From Eledone cirrhosa (Eukaryota): a stretch of DNA of 64,000 nucleotides. Positions 54,360-64,000 of the stretch are shown here, one piece after another (the first letter of the stretch is position 1; the number at the start of each line of letters is the position of its first letter). Under the pieces are notes generated by a model, which was not told where the DNA came from, did not search any database, and saw only the letters and a list, made by a program, of their open reading frames with translations. The position numbers were made by a program, and so were the translations under genes. Location: contig OZ024753.1 of the NCBI GenBank assembly GCA_964016885.1, forward strand, positions 5,022,001-5,086,000, written 5' to 3'.

Positions 54360-55110
54360 TATCATCATCATCATTTAACGTCCATCTTCCACGCTAGCAT
54401 GGGTAGGACGGGCTGTCCGTTTGTGAGGAATCAGGTTGGGGGGCTGTGATTCGCTCACACTCAACAGATTTGACTTGGTTTCTACAGCTGAATGCCCTAC
54501 CTAACACTAACCACATTTACAGTGTGTTCTGGGTGTTTTTGCTGTAACACCTATACGACCACTTTACAGTACGGACTGGGCGTTCACTTTTGTCATGAGA
54601 TCTACATGACCACTATAGTGGGCTGGGCTCTTTTGTCGTGGCTCCAGGGGAGATCACTTTATAGAGAAGGTTGGGAACTTGGGACGGGCGGGTAAAATGC
54701 TTTGGGAAATTGAGGACGTAGATATATGGGAGGGGAGATGGTAGGGAATGGTGTTGCCTACTAGGTATATGCCTCTGCCCGAGAATAATAGGTGGCGGGT
54801 CTTCTATAATTCTTCATAACGCTAGCGGTCACGGTCCAGTGTTATCGCCATAGTGAGGTGTGATTGAGCAAAGTCAGCTCTTATTACCTCATCCCAAGTG
54901 ATCCTATGCCTGCCTACTCCATGGCTACCATCAATTTTGAGCGCTCTGCACCTTTTTATACAGCTGTCATCTTTGATACGCATCACATATCCATACCAAC
55001 GCAATCTTCTCTCCTGCACACAACATCAGATCCTTCGTATGCCTAATTTCTCGCGTAAGTCATTTATGCTTTGTCGTTCGCGTATATTGGTATTGTACAT
55101 CCATAATATT
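54360..55110 (-). mobile_element. RTE-clade LINE 3' end (same family as 29640-30581)
   Basis: ERRLRWYGYVMRIKDDSCIKRC; tail reads CATCATCATCATTTAACGTCC on the plus strand. Confidence 0.85.
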
Positions 55111-55504
55111 CAGAGCTATAATAATTCAAATATAAAAGATATATGTATATATATATAGAGAGAGAGAGAATATATATAGAGAATACACACTATATTGTAT
55201 ATATTTCAGAGAGGAATATGTACTCTAGATGAAATCATATATATATGTGTGTGTGTGTGAGAGAGAGAGAGACTCACAGCTCTTGAAACCTTATCCTCCA
55301 AACATGTTGTACGTTTTTGTTTTTGCTTTTATAAAAGATATGTCAACACTTTCGAAATCAAACCAGATAAAGTAATCACCGTTTGATTGATTATTGTCCA
55401 AAAAAAAAAATCTCTCCAGAATTTCCTCTCGATAAAATAAAAAATAATTCTGGTTGAGCGCTTTCAGACATCTTGACTGTTTCCTTTTCTTTATAAAAAG
55501 TACA

Positions 55505-55873
55505 TCTTTATATATATAAAAGCGTGGATGTGTGTGTCTGTGTACAACTTTGCATGCTTAAGGCTTTCACAATTACCAACTGAATTTGACCAGATATTCT
55601 GTGCACGTTGCACAGGTCGCTAAGATTGTCACATCATAAACATTTTTCAAATCCACTCACGTTGAGCAATAAAAAATCGATATCAAAATTATCGGTAGAA
55701 AAATTGATGTAAGGGAGATAACAAACTTTATTGACAATCCTTATAAAAAAGAGAGATAACCAACTTTTCAGAAATATAACAGGTTGGGGACAAATAATGT
55801 TCTTCTTTTACTTCCTAGCTGTATATTCTTAGCATAATTTCAAACCCCGAGCAACGCCGGGTAAATCTGCTAG
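55505..55873 (+). mobile_element. Complete non-autonomous Helitron (369 bp)
   Basis: A|TCTTTATATATATAAAAG ... CCCGAGCAACGCCGGG hairpin ... CTAG|T: 5'-TC, 3'-CTAG, subterminal hairpin and A-T target with no TSD. Confidence 0.85.
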
Positions 55874-57319
55874 TAATTAAATAAAGTAAACTTGCTACTG
55901 TTTGGTTGTCGATAGTTTTAATACTTCTCCAAAATATCCTCCCACCACCCAATAAACCTAGAATAATTTGGGTTGTTAATTGCAATTGAATAATACTAAG
56001 TTAAGCTAGTGATAATGTGTTTTTAATTCTTCATACATTAATTGTTTATTAGAAACAAATATATACTACAGGAGAGAACACCAGACTTGTGCCAGTCTAA
56101 TAACTTCATCAGTGAAGCCGAATATTCACCGTGTGGACAGAAATAATAATGAAAGAATCACCAAGCAAATGTGAAAAATGTGCACACGTTGTTGTAGAGA
56201 AATAGAATATGTTTTTACAGTTTAGAGGGGAGGGCAACGCCTATGTCTTTTTCTCAGGACCCCTAAGATTGATGGAGGGAATTTATCCTCAAACTGGAGG
56301 TCTGGTCGGAATGCTTGCAACAGATGACTCCACATTTAATCATTATTTTATTATACAACAAAATTACAGATGGATATCATAAAAGCAGAGATAAATGTTG
56401 ATAAATTTGAAGGCATCTCATTCCTGTACTATGTATTCCACAAAACTCATTGCTATACAAGATATTTATATTGGGAATATATAAAAGTTCCATTATGAAC
56501 AGTTTCACATCATGATAAAATGGGGCCTTCAGCTTCGTATTTTTAGCAATAACAGTTAACTGTCCTTGGAATTCTGTAAGGAAAAGTTCTTGTTTGTTTT
56601 TAACGCTAATGTAACGCCAATCGTTAGAACGGTGGATAGAAAGCTTTATGGTATTCGTTCCGGTTCTATGTTGAAACCACTTTATGGTAAACCTTGTATT
56701 TCCTCTTTTCAGGGTCGATAAATAAAGTACCAGTCCAGTACTACAAATCGATTCTTCTTCTCCCAATCTCTCTCTTTTTCTGGAAAAATTGGCTTTGTGC
56801 TGACCAGGGAAGGGATGGGCTCCACCAGTTTTGAAATGTTTAATATATGCCAGATATCACGGAACTTACAACTCCACCAGGAGTTGAGAGCCCGTGAATG
56901 GAATTATAAAACAGCGGTTGCAAGCAAAATGTTTCAAGAGCCGATCTTCAGCCATCCATTCTAAGTGTGAATATTCAAGAATGTCTCAGATATTCTTGAA
57001 TGTTCCAGTTTTCGGTATTTTAAGGATGGTAAATGCGAATGCTGAGACAATTATCACAACAGCTGTTTGAAATCAGACAGGACAGTGGGTGAGTAACGAG
57101 ACTAAATATACACTGCCCAGGGACGAATGACATTATATTGCATAAGACAATTAGCAGGAGAGAAACAAGAACATAGAACGTTTCCTCAAATGAATAAGTT
57201 AAAAAGCGAAGCATGGATATTTTTGATCCGTTTGTATCGTCCAAATATTTGATTAACGGTAAAAAGGGCTTATTACTCTGCTAGCAATCTGCCTATAGCT
57301 AACTTTGTATAAGTTATTC

Positions 57320-57350
<31 letters not shown>

Positions 57351-57489
57351 CTGATAAGTATGTAAGTACACAGAATAAAGTCCAGAGTAACTGACTGAAG
57401 CTTAGCCTTAATAACGAATATATATATATATATATATATACACAGGGCAGGAATTAACTGAGAAAATAAATGGTTCCATTGATCATTCA

Positions 57490-57756
57490 TTATCGGAACG
57501 GTTTTGGATGAATTACAATTTTTCTGTGTTCGGCTAAACGATTATTGAACAACGAGTCCGCTCTGGAGATTTCCCTAGCCACTTGTTGGGAGTTCCTTCT
57601 TTGTGAATGTAAGCGACTTATTTCCAGGGGTAATCCTGGTGTTGCCTTTTTACTATTAACTGACGTAGTTATTCTTTTCTTCCGCGTAGAATCTTTGTTG
57701 GAGACCTTGGGATGTTGCAACATTGGAATTCCTTTTTGAAACTTCTTTAGTTCTCC
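57490..57756 (-). CDS. NSUN7: NSUN7-like, probable last coding exon (basic tail ending HPKPFR*)
   Basis: Acceptor TTTTAAAG|GGA, phase 0, matching the upstream phase-0 donor; open frame to the stop at 57490-57492. Confidence 0.6.
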   Translation of the reverse strand, partial: GELKKFQKGIPMLQHPKVSNKDSTRKKRITTSVNSKKATPGLPLEISRLHSQRRNSQQVAREISRADSLFNNRLAEHRKIVIHPKPFR

Positions 57757-57853
57757 CTTTAAAAGAAATTATATTCCAGATATTACTATTTCATTTTTAA
57801 ATTTATTAACATACATTACATACATATAGGATTTAAATTATATATATATATAT

Positions 57854-57966
57854 ATATGAAGGATTCGCGACCCCGACGGCTGTTGAAACGGCAGGGGCTC
57901 AGCCGCCGGGGTCCTGAATCCTTCATATTACCCACTCTCCTACCTTAAGTATTGAGTACTCTGGTG
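57854..57966 (-). mobile_element. (TA)n-abutting hairpin element (29-bp arms) with 38-nt tag; family shared with 63711-63893
   Basis: 57854-57882 is the reverse complement of 57900-57928. The tag reads ACCAGAGTACTCAATACTTAAGGTAGGAGAGTGGGTAA on the minus strand. Confidence 0.7.
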
Positions 57967-57981
57967 AGTAATGGTCTAACT

Positions 57982-58318
57982 CAATGGTTCCCAACCAGGG
58001 GGCCATGGACCACCAGTGGGCCATAGCAAGTTATTGGGGGAGCCACGGGAATTAACTAAAAATCACAAAATTTTATACATAAAAAAGAAGAGTAGTTTCC
58101 TAACATATTTTTTTCTTTTTCTTGCTTCAAATTTTTATATTCAACTTTTTATCAACTTTCTACCTTTTCTAATTATGATTTTACTTCACAAATAAAAAGA
58201 CATGCCAAAATTATTTCTACATAAAAAAATTATATCAAAAATTTTAATTTTTTGTGGGGCCATATTGTTTTGCTATATCATTAAGGTGGAATTTATTATA
58301 AAAGGTTGGGAACCGCTG
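57982..58318. mobile_element. Complete hAT MITE (337 bp) with 8-bp TSD
   Basis: TSD GTCTAACT at 57974-57981 and 58319-58326; TIR CAATGGTTCCCAACC / GGTTGGGAACCGCTG. Confidence 0.9.
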
Positions 58319-58441
58319 GTCTAACTGGTTTTTACTGCGTCCATTCTGATATGTATATACCAGCTTGATTTGAACACAGATTGGTGGTTTCAATGTCCCA
58401 CAGAACCAAGCTTATTTGTACAAGCTATGTCAGTATATCTC

Positions 58442-58476
<35 letters not shown>

Positions 58477-58939
58477 AGTACTGGATACTTAAATTACAGA
58501 GTAAAACTAAGTTACGTACGTGACTAGGCATCATAGTTACCGTCTACCATAAGCTGATGTTATGGTAATCTTAAGAACATTTAGGGCCAAACTTTTTGGG
58601 CCACCGTCCCCCTCACGGCCACGTAATACCCCCAGCGCCCCCTCAACTCTATTTCCAGAGAGACCTGCCTACACGCAAATTCTAAATGTTATATAATAAG
58701 TAAAATCGTTAATTCATATATAATAAATAATATCATATATACTACGTATAAACAAATATATATTCTATTTATTTTACTATATTTATATATAATGTGTATC
58801 ATTTGTTATTTAATATACTATTATATCATCCCTAGCACTCCCTTAAGCCCCCCCCCCCCCAAGGGGCGATAGCCCCCACTTTGAGAACCTCTGATTTAAG
58901 TAAATCAATAATTGAATGTTTTAAACTATATACACTCAC

Positions 58940-59193
58940 CCCTTGGGCAATTATAGCTAAGAAGCAGCCGTTCATACTAGCAGACGGTTCAAACTTGGTA
59001 TATTTATCTTGAAGACCAATCTTATTTTCAATGTCATCTCTGTTGAATGGTAAAACTGGAGGAACAACATTGTAAAAGGTACCATGAGACTGGAAACGTG
59101 TGTTAACATATTCCAGAGCTTTTGCCACAGTCACTTCGTTTTCTTTGCTATTGATAGATCTGGTCAAGTACACCACACTTTTCACGTTAGGGA
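58940..59193 (-). CDS. NSUN7: NSUN7-like exon (motif VI region VVYLTRS..ENE..V; GCFLAII)
   Basis: Acceptor ATTTCAG|TC, phase 1; 254 nt; donor GGG|GTGAGT. RsmB/NOP2 motif VI and C-terminal GxF(L)A pattern. Confidence 0.85.
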
Positions 59194-59221
59194 CTGAAAT
59201 ATACAAAAATATTCATATATT

Positions 59222-59480
59222 ATCATCATCATCACCGTTTTACGTCCATTTTCCACACTAACATGGGTTAGACGAGTTGTCCTGTTGTGGGCAATGCTAG
59301 GTCAGGTAACCATGTCTTGCTCATACAGAATTGATTTGGGTTTGGTTTCTACAGCTAGATGCCCTTCCTAACGCCAACCTCATTTACAGTGAATACTGAA
59401 TGCTTTTGTCGTGATACCTCAACGACCACTTTACAGTGTGGACTGGGTGCTTTTAGAAAAATACACTTTTTTTTATGTCG
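59222..59480 (-). mobile_element. RTE 3'UTR-related repeat fragment
   Basis: Matches the reverse complement of the 30340-30581 3'UTR, with a (CAT)n tail. Confidence 0.65.
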
Positions 59481-59523
59481 ACCACGGCGGGATTTGAATA
59501 TATATATATATATATATCGTCAC

Positions 59524-59563
<40 letters not shown>

Positions 59564-60319
59564 TATCCCTTAGAATCGGTATATAGCAGACCTATTTTTG
59601 TCAGGCTCTACCAAATTACATCCTTTCACAAAAGTCTAATTTTTCCCATTGTTCTAGGATTAACCTGTTGCACATTTCATAATGTATTTTATCTTAATTC
59701 AGACATCAATTTGATGTGTACTTATTTCTAGTCACAATATATTACTATATTACGTGTTCCAACCGAGAAGATAAGGCCATGCGGGGGCTCTGCCATGTAT
59801 GTATTTATCTCAGGTGTTATCGAAAGACACCCTTAATAAACTAATATAATAGCCTTGTGTATTTGACAGACACACACAAGAGATGACTGAGGGAAGAAGG
59901 GTGATTACGTCGACTGAGGGTGTGAGTGTATATGTGTTTGTGTGTGCTTATTTAGAAAGATTCATAGACAATAGATTTACAAACACACACGAATCTATCC
60001 ATACATATATATAAACAGACACACTTAGAAAAAATGATTATCATATACACAGACATCGACATGATGACTGAGGGGGTGGGGAGAAACCATAGAAGTCCAG
60101 CGTTCTAAGATTCGTCACAGCTGTGTGTTTGTATGTTTGTATCACGTGTGTGAGTGAGCGCGAAGGAACCATCCAACCAACAAACATCTCTTTTTTATAT
60201 TATGTATAGATATTACAATTAGCTGTAATTATTGACAGCACGGAGCCAGATAGTATTACATAAATTACCACCAGGTAATGCAAAAGAAAATATACTCGAG
60301 AAAGAATCTGTCTACTTAC

Positions 60320-60421
60320 AGAGAAGTGAATGATTGAGATAATTCCTTTGCTCTTTGCACAGTCCTTCTAACTCCTCCTTGCTGACACCATCACGTGATA
60401 AGGTCTTCAGGATACTGATAT
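60320..60421 (-). CDS. NSUN7: NSUN7-like exon (DISILKTLS...EQRNYLNHSLL)
   Basis: Acceptor CTGTAG|AT, donor T|GTAAGT; 102 nt; phase 1/1, consistent with its neighbours. Confidence 0.8.
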
Positions 60422-60648
60422 CTACAGAAGAAAAATGACAACAACGACAATAAAATAAAATGAATGCAATCTCATTTGATCGGATTTTGCAAAAAAAATC
60501 CTAACACTTATTTTTCTCTCAAAGAAATAGTGGGGGAGGGGGGGGTAGTGTCAACAAATTAAGAATTAATTTCTCAAAATCGATTTCCATGCTTAGTGTG
60601 TGTGGGGGGGGGTCTGTGTATGTAGCGATGTCTGTGTATATGTGTGTG

Positions 60649-60706
<58 letters not shown>

Positions 60707-61139
60707 TGTTCTTTATTAGTAAGCGAGATGGACATGTTTTATTCTTTAAAAAGAAAACGTCTGAATGATAGCAGCTTCGACACTGCTTTTGATGATAAGT
60801 CTTCTCTTTTGACTAGAGTTTCTGGGACTAAACAACAATAACAACACTAAATCACCACCACCACCACACCAACAACACTAAGCCACGACTAAACCACCAC
60901 CACCACCACAAAGACTATTTCTCTTGTCACTGATAAGTAAATTATTTCCAGAAATATTCTGTTTCTCTATCTTTGTAATCTTCTACCAACTGTTAAATCG
61001 GTGAGATTAGATTTGCTTGGTGTGTGAATAATTAGTAAAAACCTAAGCACATCTGTTACCAAAGAAGCCAACGAAAGATAGAGGGGTGTCAACTTTGGTG
61101 TTAAACCGGCTTGCTAAACCGGCTTGCTAAACTGGCAAT

Positions 61140-61765
61140 CATATTGTTAGACCTGCGTCAGTTCCGATGACGAGTTTTCCTGTTGTTTGGTCAACGGAAC
61201 AACCTGCTCGCGAATTTAATGAGCAAGTGGCTGAGCATTAAACAGATCTGTAATTCTCAAGGACAGTCAGCGTGGCACAGTGGTACAGGTACAACTCTTT
61301 TCACCCAGCTGAGTAGACTGGAGTAACCTGAAATAAAGTGTTTTACTCAAAGACCCAACGTGCCGACGGGAATCGAACTCACGACCTTATGAGCGTAAGC
61401 CCAACTTCTTACCACTAAACCACGCACCTTCGCCTACAATCAACTTTCCTTTATATGATATCCTACATTGGATAATGTGTTGAAAGATAAAAGTCTCAAG
61501 CCCAGAGGTTCATCAGGCAGGTGCTTATTCCAGTTTCCATGGCGTTAAGCGACTGAGAGTACAAGACTTCCTCCCTGGACAGGACACCAGTCCATCGCAG
61601 AGTTAAACCCTCAGCTATTTCTGGTACTCATTTCCCGCTGAGTATACTGGAGTCACATGAAATAAAGTGCTTTGCTGAAGAACACAACACGCAACCCGTT
61701 CCAGGAACCGCACCCTCGACATAATGATCATACGTCCAACACGTTTACCACTAGGCTAAATGTCT
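61140..61765 (-). mobile_element. Two tRNA-derived SINE copies
   Basis: A/B-box heads on the minus strand near 61370-61432 and 61700-61765, with shared internal GCTGAGTAGACTGGAG...AATAAAGTG domains. Confidence 0.65.
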
Positions 61766-61979
61766 CTAAGATACAACACCAAAGTAAAATACAGGATGTT
61801 CACAGCTTGAATCCCTTTGGTTATAGTTCTCGTAAATCATATCTTATCGATCCTGTAAGAATGAAAGGCAATATCCTACTCGGCCTTATTTCCATCCAGG
61901 ATGTACAGGGATTTAAGGATTTATCGATCGATTTTGCCATCCATCTCCTCCCACCCCAACATCATTAATAATAATTTAA

Positions 61980-62282
61980 GCTCAATGCCAACAGTTTCCG
62001 GAGAGGGGAAGGCGAGTAAACTGACCTCAGTATTTGACTGCTGCTTTTTTTATCGACTCCGATGAGATTTGAACACTGATCGTAAAAGATCGGCAATTTG
62101 AAGGGAACGGAAAGGAATATTAAATCAACTCCAGTGCATTACTGGTACTTTATATTATCCACCCCGTAAGGATGAAAAGCAAAGCTAACCTCGCGGGATT
62201 TGAACACAGAACGTAAAGAGCTGTCACTATATACCGCAGAGCATGTTGTCCGACGCTCTACCGATTACTGTCAATCCACTAC
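61980..62282 (-). mobile_element. CORE-type SINE copies followed by (TTAA)n
   Basis: GGATGAAAAGCAAAG..ACCTCG..GGATTTGAAC is the reverse complement of the CORE/B-box sequence; (TTAA)n at 62285-62329. Confidence 0.7.
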
Positions 62283-62346
62283 CGTTAATTAATTAATTAA
62301 TTAATTAATTAATTAATTAATTAATTAATAATAATAAACAACTTAC

Positions 62347-62490
62347 CTTCTCCTTCATTAATCACAAAATCAACAGGGTTGTTTAAAGCAGACTTACTAC
62401 AGTTCGCCGTCAACAAAATTATTTTAACACCTTTAAACTTCTGATCATCTGGTGATACGCTTAAAAATGAATCTGTTAGTAGTTTTACAT
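62347..62490 (-). CDS. NSUN7: NSUN7-like exon (motif IV region IILLTANCSKS..NPVDF)
   Basis: 144 nt, phase 1/1; donor G|GTAAGT. VKIILL..CS...NPV.F..NE pattern typical of the NSUN7 subfamily. Confidence 0.85.
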
Positions 62491-62528
62491 CTGTAGAAAG
62501 GTTAAGGTTTTGGAAACTAATATAGATA

Positions 62529-62625
<97 letters not shown>

Positions 62626-62757
62626 ACAGACTTCGTTTATGAAATAGCGAGCGAAGTTTGAAAATAGGTAGTATCATGTGCTTACGCCGTATAAAATCCC
62701 AACTAACAGACTAATTTTATTTAGTCAAATACGGCGTAAGTACATGATACTACCTAT

Positions 62758-62825
<68 letters not shown>

Positions 62826-63390
62826 TCATTCATTTTATTAAGGCTAAATAGTGAGTCTTGTTCCTCTGGAATTTCGCCTGTTTATTACAGGGTCAGGGAG
62901 TTGTGTGACGATATATAACCCAAAGTTAAAAGTTTATATTACATTGCAGATACAATTGATGAAGTCGTGGTAACGCCGTAGACGTACAGCGTATCTTGGA
63001 CATTAAAAGAAACTTGGAGCTCAACTCCTCTCCAGATCTGAACAGAGCCAATTTCTTCCAGAGAAGGTGAAGGAGAGAGAGTAAGATATATAGAAGAATC
63101 AACCCCAGTATTGGACTGGCGCCTTTTTATCGACATCGAAAGGATGAAAAGCAAAGTTGACCCCGGCGGATTTTGAATTCAGAGCGTAGAGAACCGAAAC
63201 GCAGTACTCCAGTATTGTCACAGTCAAATTAGTGAAACCAATAAAAGAGTAAATGAAATCATCATCATCATCATCTTGCTTTTCCTTGCTTGCAAGGGTT
63301 GAACGGGTCCTCTTCAGCACAGCATCCCTCCATTCAAAATATTAAAGTATAATAGACACAGAAATAATTTTATTTATCGTAAAAGGATAC
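62491..63390 (-). other. U12-type (minor spliceosome) GT-AG intron, 900 bp
   Basis: 5'ss C|GTATCCTTTT; branch point CCTTAAC 10 nt before the 3' junction; no long polypyrimidine tract; the reading frame joins (C+AT=His). Confidence 0.88.
62659..62762. repeat. Fold-back hairpin (34-bp arms) abutting (TA)n
   Basis: 62659-62692 is the reverse complement of 62729-62762, with one mismatch. Confidence 0.9.
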
Positions 63391-63595
63391 GTTTGATGTT
63401 CAGATGTTCCAGGTTTTTCTGAGCTGAATTGAAATTCTTAGCGTCCACCAAACCCCAAATACGACCATTAATGGAGCAGAGCAGACTGGCCAAGTGTGCT
63501 GTAGTTAGGCCGGAACCTATGTTGACATGCATCACTTCATCACCGTCTTGAATTAACGGCACCACCGAGAGAGGAGCGATACAACTTGACTTGTC
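63391..63595 (-). CDS. NSUN7: NSUN7-like exon (DKSSCIAP, motif I region VNIGSGLTTAHL); upstream exons outside window
   Basis: Acceptor GTTAG|GAC; (Q)DKSSC is the RsmB/NOP2 N1 motif and GSGxTxAH is degenerate motif I; U12 donor. Confidence 0.85.
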
Positions 63596-63664
63596 CTAAC
63601 AAAGAGATAGGTTAACACTGAACTTTACATTACAACACACACACGAACGCATGCACACGCGGGC

Positions 63665-64000
<336 letters not shown>

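Noticed and set aside
44657-63235. tRNA genes (GTTCAAATCC / GTTCGATT T-loop motifs)
   Set aside because: All are SINE heads followed by CORE or other SINE body sequence; no complete cloverleaf.

Overview
AT-rich, repeat-dense animal genomic DNA, most likely from an octopus or other coleoid cephalopod. This is inferred from [17 protein letters not shown]-type C2H2 arrays, CORE-type SINEs, RTE LINEs and very long (TA)n tracts. Bases 1-27.1 kb hold two arrays of the same ~0.8-1.0 kb satellite in opposite orientation (1-11435 +, 15731-27145 -). Each array has its own higher-order repeat (2919 bp and 2415 bp), and they flank a 4.3-kb spacer with a dead mariner transposase. Bases 27-38 kb contain C2H2 zinc-finger pseudogenes, RTE fragments and MITEs. 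Bases 44.3-52.7 kb encode a complete secreted GH56 hyaluronidase (+ strand, 5 coding exons, 437 aa by my exon assembly), with an RT-deleted R4/Dong-like retroelement in one intron. Bases 57.5-63.6 kb hold the last five visible coding exons of an NSUN7-like gene (- strand). It has a textbook U12-type minor intron and has lost the motif VI catalytic Cys. Scattered through 35-64 kb are short fold-back hairpins, most of them abutting (TA)n, several carrying or turning at Penelope-type minimal hammerhead ribozyme motifs. Most ORFs in the supplied track are spurious repeat or microsatellite frames. All coordinates and alignments were read by eye, and repeat boundaries are approximate.
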